Origin: Dehalococcoidia bacterium
GTDB lineage: Bacteria > Chloroflexota > Dehalococcoidia > UBA2979
Direction of reading: 5' to 3'
DNA: 56,088 bases
Assembly (NCBI GenBank): GCA_029247135.1
Contig: JAQWLS010000072.1
Coordinates: 1 to 56,088, forward strand
Positions 29,616 through 38,409 of this stretch are shown here, piece after piece. Numbering within the stretch: position 1 is the stretch's first letter; the number at the start of each line of letters is the position of its first letter. The position numbers and the translations under genes are program-made. The notes under the pieces are model-generated. The model was not told the origin of the DNA. It did not search any database and worked only from the letters and a program-made list of their open reading frames with translations.

Positions 29616-30062
29616 ATGTCGATTAATTCAAATGAAAGCCTCAACCGACGGCGCAAGAGAGAAGCTGATAGATGGCTTACTCAGTCCGGTCATGATCTTG
29701 ATTCAGCTCGTTTTCTAATGCAGTCTGGAATGTATGCGTTGGTATGTTTTTTATCTCATCAAACCGCTGAGAAGGCTGTCTCAGCATATTTATACGCACG
29801 AGGGGTTGAGATGTTGTGGGGTCATGGCCTAGCTGATTTATGTGAGGACGCAATGGCATTTGAGCCATCTTTTGATTTAATCAAGTCAAGTGCGGTGCAG
29901 CTTGATAAGCATTACTTGGGTGCACGGTATCCTAGTGTTCTTCCAGCAGGGGTGCCCTTTGAATCTTATTCATCTGAAGATGGAGACCGGGCCCTGGTAA
30001 TTGCTCAGGACACATACGACTTCGTTGTTGAGCAGTTGAATCTATTCATGGGCCATGACTAA
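29616..30062 (+). CDS. HEPN domain protein (COG2250-like)
   Basis: RWLTQS..DL..A, CFLSHQTAEKA, GHGLADL, LDKHYLGARYP. Confidence 0.85.
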   Translation: MSINSNESLNRRRKREADRWLTQSGHDLDSARFLMQSGMYALVCFLSHQTAEKAVSAYLYARGVEMLWGHGLADLCEDAMAFEPSFDLIKSSAVQLDKHYLGARYPSVLPAGVPFESYSSEDGDRALVIAQDTYDFVVEQLNLFMGHD

Positions 30063-30107
30063 TAAGTTCGCTTGCGGACCAGAGATCAGTATAAGCACTT
30101 AATTCAA

Positions 30108-31280
30108 TTAGTTTTCGCCATCAAGCACGGACGCCGCAATTTGTTCGAGCGCGCGTCCTTCGATTGGGGGGTTAAATAGTCCGCTCCGGACGTCTCGAAA
30201 GTAACGTTCAAGTGGTCGAGATTTTTCAAGTGCCGCGCCTCCAACAATACGAATAGCTAGGTCTGTAATCTGAATTGCGGAATCGATAGAGCTTAGTTTG
30301 GTCATGGATATTTGCGGTAACAGATCAGGTCGGTCTTCTGGGTTAAATTCCCAATCTTCGGCTGATGTGAGTAGCGTATTTTTCGATAATCTGCGGAGTG
30401 ATTCCATTCGGGCTACTTGTTCGCGGACGTGTGGAATTTTAGAAATTGGTGCCGGTGCTCCAGTAGGCTGTCTATTTTTAGCAAAGTCAATTGCATAGTC
30501 ACACGCGGCAGACGCAACTCCTAAATTAGCTGCACTAAGTAGCAGAGGAAACCATGCAGCACCATCGATTCCATCATTGGACGGCGATTTGGGGTTAGCA
30601 CGCTGAATGAAATCATCTGCGTTAACTTTTACATTTTCGAAGACTATGTCATGTGATCCTGTTGCTCGCATAGACATAGAGTCCCAAGTTTCTGTAATGG
30701 ATATCCCATCCATGTCCATTCTCTGGGCGATTCTTGCCGTATCGTTGCTACCGTCTTCAACTGCAGCAAAAGTAATCGCATACGTCAGTTTTGGAGCTAA
30801 TGTTGACCAAGTTTTACGACCATTAAGTAGCCATTTCCCATCTCCATCCGGAATCAATGTGGTTGCTGGACGACCTCCCCCTCTGGGCGATCCCAATTCA
30901 GGTTCTGATGCGATGTTATTTAGCAGTGATCCGTTGGTAAGTACTGACTCGAATAGTTTTTCCCGAAGATGTTCAGGCCATTTTTGTGCAATTGCTTCAG
31001 TTCCGACTGCCATGTGATGCATGCCGACACCGAGTGCCGTTGAGCCATCCCCAGAGGCAATTGCGTATTGAGCTAAGGTGAGATCTGTAAGGCCGTAACC
31101 CGGTCCACCATATGTTTTAGGGACTGCCGACTTGAGATAACCGCTGGTTTTCATCAGTTCAAAATGAGAATGAGGAAAACTGTTAGCCCGGTCATGCTCA
31201 GCAGCGGTTTTACTGATTTCGGCCGAGATTATTTCGGCAAGGTCAAGAAGTTTGGCTTGGTCATCGGTTTTAGGCCACAT
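30108..31280 (-). CDS. Acyl-CoA dehydrogenase-fold flavoprotein (monooxygenase-like subgroup)
   Basis: GDGSTAL, SEPELGSPRGG, LNGRKTWST, WDSMSMRATGSHD, PLERYFRDVR. Confidence 0.85.
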   Translation of the reverse strand: MWPKTDDQAKLLDLAEIISAEISKTAAEHDRANSFPHSHFELMKTSGYLKSAVPKTYGGPGYGLTDLTLAQYAIASGDGSTALGVGMHHMAVGTEAIAQKWPEHLREKLFESVLTNGSLLNNIASEPELGSPRGGGRPATTLIPDGDGKWLLNGRKTWSTLAPKLTYAITFAAVEDGSNDTARIAQRMDMDGISITETWDSMSMRATGSHDIVFENVKVNADDFIQRANPKSPSNDGIDGAAWFPLLLSAANLGVASAACDYAIDFAKNRQPTGAPAPISKIPHVREQVARMESLRRLSKNTLLTSAEDWEFNPEDRPDLLPQISMTKLSSIDSAIQITDLAIRIVGGAALEKSRPLERYFRDVRSGLFNPPIEGRALEQIAASVLDGEN

Positions 31281-31330
31281 TTTAATAAAAGGACTGGATT
31301 CTTATTGACTAGCTGAATGAACGCAACTGG

Positions 31331-32128
31331 CTAATAATAGATTCCGGTTCCAACCCCTCCTCCGGCAGCGATTACTTCACCTGTCACTGCAACAGAAAGT
31401 GGTGAGGCAAGGAATGCAACAAGCGCGGCTACATCAGAGGAATCAACTAACTTTCGAATACTATTTTGATTCGATAATTCGTTTTCAATTTCGTCACGTG
31501 TCTTCTTTTTTTGCTCCATTTGTTCACGTATGCGTGATTCAGTCGCCTCAGTCCGTGTCAAACCTGGATGGATACAGCTAACTGTGATTCCAGAAGGTCC
31601 AAGCTCATCAGCTAAATTTTTTGTTAGCGCTGCGACAGCTACATTTCGGATGCTGCCCACTGCACTTCCGCTGTTCCGCGCCTGCATTCCAGAAATATTT
31701 ATGATTCTGCCCCAAGTTGATTTTTTCATGAACGGCACCACAATTTGCGCACATCGTAAGTATCCCATGACTTTTGTGTCGACTTGCGGAAGCAAATGCT
31801 CTTCCCAGTCAATTTCACTTAAAATTGGTCGTGGCCCTCCTGGCTCGGCCGCATTGTTGACTAATATGTTGATATCACCGCAGCGGGTAGTTATTTCGCT
31901 GACCATTTGTTTGATAGAAGACAAGTCTCTCGTGTCGCAAACATATCCAGTTACTTGACCGGTATATTTTTCGTCTAGTTCAGTGACAGTAGCATTTAGT
32001 CGATTTTGATCGCGAGCTGCGATCGCAACCTGTACTCCTTCATCAAGGAGTCTTTCAGCAATAGCTTTGCCTATTCCACGACTGCCGCCTGTAACTAGGG
32101 CCACTTTTCCTTTAAGCAGAAGATCCAC
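31331..32128 (-). CDS. SDR family oxidoreductase (atypical active site)
   Basis: TGGSRGIG, LVNNA, PG; YxxxK replaced by GSIRN. Confidence 0.88.
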   Translation of the reverse strand: MDLLLKGKVALVTGGSRGIGKAIAERLLDEGVQVAIAARDQNRLNATVTELDEKYTGQVTGYVCDTRDLSSIKQMVSEITTRCGDINILVNNAAEPGGPRPILSEIDWEEHLLPQVDTKVMGYLRCAQIVVPFMKKSTWGRIINISGMQARNSGSAVGSIRNVAVAALTKNLADELGPSGITVSCIHPGLTRTEATESRIREQMEQKKKTRDEIENELSNQNSIRKLVDSSDVAALVAFLASPLSVAVTGEVIAAGGGVGTGIYY

Positions 32129-32148
32129 GAGTATGAAACCCTTTCTGG

Positions 32149-33147
32149 TTATCCAACGAGTTCTTTGAAAGCCTCGAATCGTTTATGTGGATCAGCCTCG
32201 TTTACACTAACTCCATGCAGGTCAAATCCAGCCTCGGTAGCTTCTTCTATGTAATCGATACATTCACCAGTAGAACCTGCAACTCCTAGGCTGTTGACTA
32301 TTTCTTCGGGCATGGCTGCAGCTCCAGCCGAGGAGCCACCATCTTCCCATGCACGCCTAACCGCATTCGCCTCGTCGGCATAGCCCATTCGACTGAAGTG
32401 CTCATAGTAAAAGTCTCCCATTCGTGCGATGTAGAAGGCAGCGTTAGCGGCCGTGCCCATTCTTACACGCTCAGGATTATCGGTGACGGTTATACCGCCT
32501 GGGTTTCTCACGTCAATATCAGTTCGTGCTCTACCAGCATTATCGACATATTTGTAAAATTCTGCTAATTGTGGCTCCCACTGTTCCTTTGGAAAGAAAA
32601 TAGGAATCCATCCGTCAGCTATTTCAGCCGTTTGCTGAACTGATTTCGGAGTGACTGAGGCTATATGAATTGGAATGTGGCTACGCACTGGATTGAAACG
32701 AAGTGTAAATCCACGCTCGAGCTTATAAATATTTCCATCGTAGTTGAGAGGTTCACCCGACATAATTATATTAATAATTTCGGTATATTCTTTAATTCTC
32801 GTGAGGGGTTTTTCGAATTTAATGCCGTGAAAATGCTCGATTACTTGTGGTCCTGAAGAACCAAGTCCAATTACCATCCGTCCGTTAGAAAGTTCATCGA
32901 GTGTGGCAAAATGCTGTGCTATTGCGCCAGGCGATCTTGAGAAGTTATTAATAATTCCAGTACCAAGTTTGATATTAGTCGTTTCTCGTGCAATTACTGC
33001 GAGGAGCGTAAGTGCGTCGCGCCCCCAAGCTTCCGCAATATTTAGCTGCTCAATTCCCGCATCATCAGCTATTTTTGCATCTTCTATTACTTTGTCAAGA
33101 TCGAATTCGCCTTGCCAATTCAAGCCAATACTTAGCCTTCGTGCCAT
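32149..33147 (-). CDS. LLM-class (luciferase-like, probably F420-dependent) oxidoreductase
   Basis: AEAWGRD, IKLGTGI, RSP, TLDELSNGR..GLGSSG, AEIADGW. Confidence 0.88.
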   Translation of the reverse strand: MARRLSIGLNWQGEFDLDKVIEDAKIADDAGIEQLNIAEAWGRDALTLLAVIARETTNIKLGTGIINNFSRSPGAIAQHFATLDELSNGRMVIGLGSSGPQVIEHFHGIKFEKPLTRIKEYTEIINIIMSGEPLNYDGNIYKLERGFTLRFNPVRSHIPIHIASVTPKSVQQTAEIADGWIPIFFPKEQWEPQLAEFYKYVDNAGRARTDIDVRNPGGITVTDNPERVRMGTAANAAFYIARMGDFYYEHFSRMGYADEANAVRRAWEDGGSSAGAAAMPEEIVNSLGVAGSTGECIDYIEEATEAGFDLHGVSVNEADPHKRFEAFKELVG

Positions 33148-33229
33148 GTTATATACCCCTCATTTGCTATAGTTAATATCAATATTGTCTTTCAGTATAT
33201 GCGCATCTGGACGATGAATAAATCAACGA

Positions 33230-35371
33230 CTATCTAGAGTTATAAAGCGTGAGATTTTCTTTCGTAAGTTCATTACCAAGTTCTTCTTGAAATGAAGAAA
33301 AGTCTTCTAAATCCCACTCTGCCACAAAAATAATGGACTTGCCTGATTTTCCTGCTCGCCCAGTTCTACCTGTTCGATGAATATATTCTTCCGTGTTTTG
33401 CGGAAAGTCGAAATGAACAACATGGGTGATTTCCGGAATATCAATTCCCCGCGCCGCCACATTTGTGGCAACTAGCAGGTCTAATACGCCCTCACGAAAT
33501 TGTTTCACCACGCGGTCTCGAGTTCTTTGGTCCATATCTCCGTGCAGTGCACCTACTTTAATACCTTCACCGGACAACGCTTTGGCTAGTCGTTCGACCA
33601 TTCTTCTCGTTCGACAGAATACTAGGCTTTTACCTCTGAGCTCTCGTTCAATCAACTCTTTTAACGCAATTATTTTGTCACGTTCAGCCACTTCGACATA
33701 TGTTTGTTGAATACTTACGGCTGCCGAGAGCTCTTTATCTATCGCTAGCGTTTCCGGGTCTTCCATGAATTGCCAAATTAGTCGCTTGATAGTTGTGGGC
33801 ATAGTTGCAGAGAAGAGAGCAGTTTGGCGTGCGCGTGGCGTCTGCGACAGGATTTTTCTAATTGCAGGAAGAAAGCCTATATCTAGCATTTCATCTGCCT
33901 CATCTAATACTGCGAATGAGACTTTCCGCAGGCTTAATGTTCGCCGCTGCAAGTGATCAAGCACGCGTCCAGGTGTTCCTACGACTATGTGTGGATTACC
34001 TTCTAATGCCTGAAAGTCTTTTTTAAGTGCATGCCCACCTAACAAGCCCACTGTTTTCAGATTCCATGGCTTGGCAAGTGTAGATATAACGTCAAGTACC
34101 TGTTGCGCTAGCTCTCGAGTTGGAACTAATACAAGCCCCTGAACTTGATTTTTTCTCTGATCAAGTGTCTCAATCATTGGTGAGGCAAAGGCGATAGTTT
34201 TACCACTGCCTGTTTCGGCTAATCCAACTACGTCCTTTCCTGCTAGTAAAGTGGGTATGGTTGCAGCTTGAATGGGAGTTGGTGTGACAAACTCCATATC
34301 TCTGAATACTTCAAGCGATAAGTCTTGAAGACCTAATTTCCGAAATTCTTCAGGGAGAGTACCGACGTTCTTAAGCACATTCCCTTGCTTTTCTTCTGAA
34401 TTACGAGCATTTTGTGTACGTGGAGATTCTTCAATATTTTTCACAGACTCAGCAGCTTTATCAGATATCTCCATCTGCTCAGATTGCTCGCGATTAGTAG
34501 TGGGTTCATCATTTTGTGAATTATGGGTGCTCTGTATACGTGAAGACTCTTTAATCTCTTTCACAAACTCAGCAGTTTTATCGGATGTATCCGCCTGCTC
34601 AGGTTGTTGGCGATTAGTATCGGCTTCATAGGTCTGAGAATTACTGGTGCCTTGCGTAGGTACCGACTCTTTGAGTTCGTTCGCTAGCTTAGGTTTTTCA
34701 CTGGGTACCTTTGAATGCTCTGCTTGTCGCCGACTCGAGTCTGTTTTCGAACGGTTAAGGTCGCTAGCTTTTTTCTGTTGTGTGGATTTTGATGTTTCAT
34801 CGGAAGGATTAATCCAACCACCAAGAGTTCGTGGACCACTTTCAATAAGCCGGTCAGTCGATTTGTGCCTGCGAGGCCGATGTCGTATTTCTGGTAGTAG
34901 CGTAGAATCGCCTCCAGCATCTTTTGGTCTAAAGGCCAAGTCTTCAGGAAGTGGTGCTTCGAAAGTTCGTTCACGTCTTCGTCGGGTGTAGTGATCTGTT
35001 TCGACTACTCTCCGGCGATTCGAGCCTCCATTAGTCCGTCGCTGTTTGTCAGACGGTCGGTCTGACTTTTGAGTATTATTGCCTGGGCGGGAATTACTTC
35101 CACGCTTGTTTGCCACGGCCGTGGCATTAGATTGTTTCATATTCGAATTTTGTGTCTTTTCTTTTTGTTGAATTTTCTCTGTATGTTTTGAGTTTCCCCG
35201 AGCTTGTGTCTGCTCATCTCTACGATTGGCGGTAGGTCTTTGTGCGCCGGAATGTGAGTTGGTTCGTCGTTTTCTAGATCTCGGCGCAGATCGATCGCCA
35301 GAATTCGACGACGAGGTTTCGTCAGCCTCTTTTTTTATTAGAGACTTGATCCAATTAACGCCACGACTCAC
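33230..35371 (-). CDS. DEAD-box RNA helicase with long disordered N-terminal extension
   Basis: Q motif PTPIQ, AETGSGKT, PTRELA, TPGR, DEAD, SAT, ARGID, HRTGRTGR; core begins near residue 338; GGGAG SD before GTG 35371. Confidence 0.93.
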   Translation of the reverse strand: MSRGVNWIKSLIKKEADETSSSNSGDRSAPRSRKRRTNSHSGAQRPTANRRDEQTQARGNSKHTEKIQQKEKTQNSNMKQSNATAVANKRGSNSRPGNNTQKSDRPSDKQRRTNGGSNRRRVVETDHYTRRRRERTFEAPLPEDLAFRPKDAGGDSTLLPEIRHRPRRHKSTDRLIESGPRTLGGWINPSDETSKSTQQKKASDLNRSKTDSSRRQAEHSKVPSEKPKLANELKESVPTQGTSNSQTYEADTNRQQPEQADTSDKTAEFVKEIKESSRIQSTHNSQNDEPTTNREQSEQMEISDKAAESVKNIEESPRTQNARNSEEKQGNVLKNVGTLPEEFRKLGLQDLSLEVFRDMEFVTPTPIQAATIPTLLAGKDVVGLAETGSGKTIAFASPMIETLDQRKNQVQGLVLVPTRELAQQVLDVISTLAKPWNLKTVGLLGGHALKKDFQALEGNPHIVVGTPGRVLDHLQRRTLSLRKVSFAVLDEADEMLDIGFLPAIRKILSQTPRARQTALFSATMPTTIKRLIWQFMEDPETLAIDKELSAAVSIQQTYVEVAERDKIIALKELIERELRGKSLVFCRTRRMVERLAKALSGEGIKVGALHGDMDQRTRDRVVKQFREGVLDLLVATNVAARGIDIPEITHVVHFDFPQNTEEYIHRTGRTGRAGKSGKSIIFVAEWDLEDFSSFQEELGNELTKENLTLYNSR
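34395..34675 (-). repeat. Degenerate 120-bp (40-aa) tandem repeat, about 2.3 copies, in the helicase N-terminus
   Basis: 34441 tcacagactcagcagctttatcagat..cgattagta matches 34561 tcacaaactcagcagttttatcggat..cgattagta; protein TNRQQPEQADTSDKTAE / TNREQSEQMEISDKAAE. Confidence 0.85.
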
Positions 35372-35504
35372 CGGTTTACACTCCCGGTTTTCATTTCACT
35401 CATTTATATCCTTGAGCTGGTATTTTGATTCGCACACAAACGTGGACGACGGGAAAACATTAAATAGATCATAGGCGGGATTGGTCTACTCGTCGAGGCG
35501 AAAG

Positions 35505-36281
35505 TTAATTTACAGATCCTGGATTTGGTCCGGGCATGTTGATAACGCTTGCCTTGATGTGTCTTTGTAAGCAGATCCAGGCGATTGTTTGTGCGACGTC
35601 AATTTGATTGGGGTACGCACTTTTCGGTGGCAGATCAATACTTTCCGATAGCATGTTTACTATTAAATCATTCGGAATTCTCCGCACGGGTCCAGGTGCA
35701 ATAGCATTAATGGATATTCCATTCGAAGCTTCTTGTCTGCCTAAGGTTTTCACGAGCCAGTGCCTTCCAGATTTTCCAAGAGCATAGTCGTACGGTCCCT
35801 CTTCGGATGCGACCTGCCAATTATCTGCATCGTATCCTCCTATTATCACAATATTTCCATGTTGCTTTGACCGCATTCCCGGTAATAATTCTTTTGTTAG
35901 AAGTAGGACCGGTGTTATTTCATCATTTAGATTTTTTTCCCAGTGGTCAATGTGTACATCAGTTAGTGCTGTTGGCATCCATTTACCACCTGGGCCGATT
36001 ATGGCAATAGTCGGTGTACCTAGCTTGTTTTGGGCCTCTCGGAACATGCTTTTTACTTCGCTTTCGTTTGTGATGTCAGCTTTGCAGACTACCGCTTTTC
36101 GACCCATTTCAATAATTTCCTCAACTACTTTTTCTGCAGCGTCAGTAGATTGTCGGGTGTTCACAATGACATCCGCCCCTTGGTAGGCAAGTGTGAGTGC
36201 AGTTGCACGTCCGATTCCATTACCAGCTGACCCGGTAACTAGCGCTATTTCACCTTGAAGTGGGAGTTTGTTGATCGGCAT
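35505..36281 (-). CDS. SDR family oxidoreductase (divergent)
   Basis: ALVTGSAGNGIG, ADIT, YALGK, NAIAPG. Confidence 0.82.
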   Translation of the reverse strand: MPINKLPLQGEIALVTGSAGNGIGRATALTLAYQGADVIVNTRQSTDAAEKVVEEIIEMGRKAVVCKADITNESEVKSMFREAQNKLGTPTIAIIGPGGKWMPTALTDVHIDHWEKNLNDEITPVLLLTKELLPGMRSKQHGNIVIIGGYDADNWQVASEEGPYDYALGKSGRHWLVKTLGRQEASNGISINAIAPGPVRRIPNDLIVNMLSESIDLPPKSAYPNQIDVAQTIAWICLQRHIKASVINMPGPNPGSVN

Positions 36282-36359
36282 GCGGGGGAGGGGGACTTTC
36301 TATTTCTGCTTTGGAGGTAAGATTGCCTAACGTAGATACGGGTACTAAGTTATGAGTAC

Positions 36360-36848
36360 ATGTCCGCACACACTTCTATTCTAGATAACATTTTAGAGCC
36401 ACTTTCTCAATCTCGAGTTGAACTGTTGGCTGCCTTTAAAAGTGTTTCCGATGAGTATTTTAATACGTCTCCAGTTGGAACAGTTCAAAAAGATGTGTTC
36501 GAAGATTGGAGTATCTGTGAGATAGTTTGGTATGTTGGTGCGTTGGATGATGTGAGCAGACTTCGAATAAATGATCTAGCTGCTGGACGAGAGGCGCGGA
36601 CGGGTCAAACTTCACGACGGCCGGAGCATGTAAGTAACGTAAAAGTGATGCTTGTGTGGCTCAATCAGAGCCGAGCTGCACTCCTTTCTTCAATATCACG
36701 AATAGCTAAAAATCAGTTACAGGGCGAGCCGCTACTATTTAAAGAGAATTTATCCCAGTATGAAATAATTCTGGACGAGATTATTGCTACTGAGAATATG
36801 AGCACTAGGCGGGTTTTGGATTTAGTGGAAATGTTTAGAGATGAATAA
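36360..36848 (+). CDS. DinB-like four-helix-bundle protein (divergent)
   Basis: L.QSR.ELL, WSICEIV and L.QSRAALL patterns typical of the DinB_2 family; metal-binding His residues not evident. Confidence 0.5.
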   Translation: MSAHTSILDNILEPLSQSRVELLAAFKSVSDEYFNTSPVGTVQKDVFEDWSICEIVWYVGALDDVSRLRINDLAAGREARTGQTSRRPEHVSNVKVMLVWLNQSRAALLSSISRIAKNQLQGEPLLFKENLSQYEIILDEIIATENMSTRRVLDLVEMFRDE

Positions 36849-36863
36849 AGTGATTAGAGTATT

Positions 36864-37499
36864 ATGACTGATTCTGAGTCGTTAGCGGCAAATGACAATC
36901 CGTGGAGCGGTCAGGTTGCACAATATAAAGAGGATATTTTCTTTGACTCTACCTTCCATAATCAACAGGTTAGCTTTCGCACCACGTATGGACTGTTCTC
37001 ACCAAAAGCGATTGATGCCGGTACGGGACTACTTATTGAGGCCTTGGACGTTAACTCTGATTACGATTGTTTGGACTTAGGTTGTGGCTATGGGCCGATC
37101 GGGATCGCGCTCGCACGATTAGCGCCAGAGGGCAGAACTTTATTGATCGATAAAGACTATGTAGCTGTCGAATATTCACAACATAATCTTGAGCTGAACG
37201 GAATAGCTAATGCTGATGTGTTGTTATCAAATGGACTCAGTAAAGTATCCGACGACCGCTTATTTGATCTTATTGCGATGAATTTGCCAGCTAAAATTGG
37301 CAACGAGCTAACAACTGTGTTGTTCGCTGATTCTTTTCTTCATCTGAAACCCGGTGGTACCTTGTACGTTGTTAGTTTAGCCGGCATGCGAGGATTTATT
37401 AAGCGTTCGTTAGAGGGAATATTTGGCAACGTAAATAAATTAAAGCAGGGAAAACAACACGCGGTTCACGTCAGTTGTCGTGAAACTCAAACAAAATGA
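36864..37499 (+). CDS. Class I SAM-dependent methyltransferase (RsmC/MTS small-domain type)
   Basis: GLFSPKAIDAGT.LL, LDLGCGYGPIG, MNLP (NPP-like), LKPGG. Confidence 0.85.
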   Translation: MTDSESLAANDNPWSGQVAQYKEDIFFDSTFHNQQVSFRTTYGLFSPKAIDAGTGLLIEALDVNSDYDCLDLGCGYGPIGIALARLAPEGRTLLIDKDYVAVEYSQHNLELNGIANADVLLSNGLSKVSDDRLFDLIAMNLPAKIGNELTTVLFADSFLHLKPGGTLYVVSLAGMRGFIKRSLEGIFGNVNKLKQGKQHAVHVSCRETQTK

Positions 37500-37515
37500 A
37501 ACTACACTTAACAGT

Positions 37516-38343
37516 ATGTCAGATATAAACAAGCAAGCACCGAGAGTGCCTGGCGTGGGACGCTATCACGAACTTCGCGAAAAGACTGCTCTAATTTTAG
37601 GAGGCTCACGGGGGATTGGACGGGCAATTTCTGAACGTCTGGCTCTCGAGGGTGTCAACTTAGTAATTAATTATTCGAGATCGGCTGAAGCGGCAGAGGA
37701 CTGTGCTCAAGCGTGCCGCTCTTTGGGAGTGGATGTCCAGCTTATTCAGGGTGATATAGGCGACGAAGAAAGCTTGATGAGAGTGATTAATTTTGCTGAG
37801 AGTCGGTCATCGATTGATATTCTTGTGAATAATGCAGCGCGCGGTCTTGAGAGACCTCGATCTACACTTACTCAAAAGAGCCAACATCTTCATAAAACGA
37901 TGGATGTAAATCTATTTGGACCATGGTTTGCTAGTCAAACTGTGGGAGCGACGATGGCAGAGAATGGGTCTGGAATAATCATCAACTTATTATCCCCGGG
38001 AGCATGGAAGTATATGCCGGGATATAGTGCCGTCGCTACCAGCAAGGCTGCACTTGAGTCACTGACTAAGTATCTCGGTGTTGAATTAGCATCATCGGGT
38101 GTCCGAGTATGTGGTGTCTCATCCGGCTGGGTTGAAGGATCTGATGGAGAGCATTCTTATCGTGATGAGGTAAGTGACCGCGTCAGACCTCATGTACCAT
38201 CGGGCAGAAATGTAGCCCCGGAAGATATAGCAGCCGTTGTTGCTTGGCTTTCGAGTGAGGAAGCTCCAATGTTTAGTGGCCAAGTTTTACATTTTGATGG
38301 CGGTTTTGATTTGGGTTCTTGGCGAAATATCCTCGAAACTTAG
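37516..38343 (+). CDS. SDR family enoyl-reductase-like protein (FabL-like)
   Basis: GGSRGIG, LVNNAA, Y-x6-K motif YSAVATSK, YLGVEL; start 37516 or 37480. Confidence 0.8.
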   Translation: MSDINKQAPRVPGVGRYHELREKTALILGGSRGIGRAISERLALEGVNLVINYSRSAEAAEDCAQACRSLGVDVQLIQGDIGDEESLMRVINFAESRSSIDILVNNAARGLERPRSTLTQKSQHLHKTMDVNLFGPWFASQTVGATMAENGSGIIINLLSPGAWKYMPGYSAVATSKAALESLTKYLGVELASSGVRVCGVSSGWVEGSDGEHSYRDEVSDRVRPHVPSGRNVAPEDIAAVVAWLSSEEAPMFSGQVLHFDGGFDLGSWRNILET

Positions 38344-38409
38344 TTGTGCAACGTCCAAGGGGCACTAAATATGTATTGTTATTTGGTGACATTAAATTAG
38401 GAGCGAGCG

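Noticed and set aside
35372-35504. Structured 5' leader or riboswitch upstream of the DEAD-box helicase
   Set aside because: Only weak partial complementarity and no recognisable riboswitch consensus
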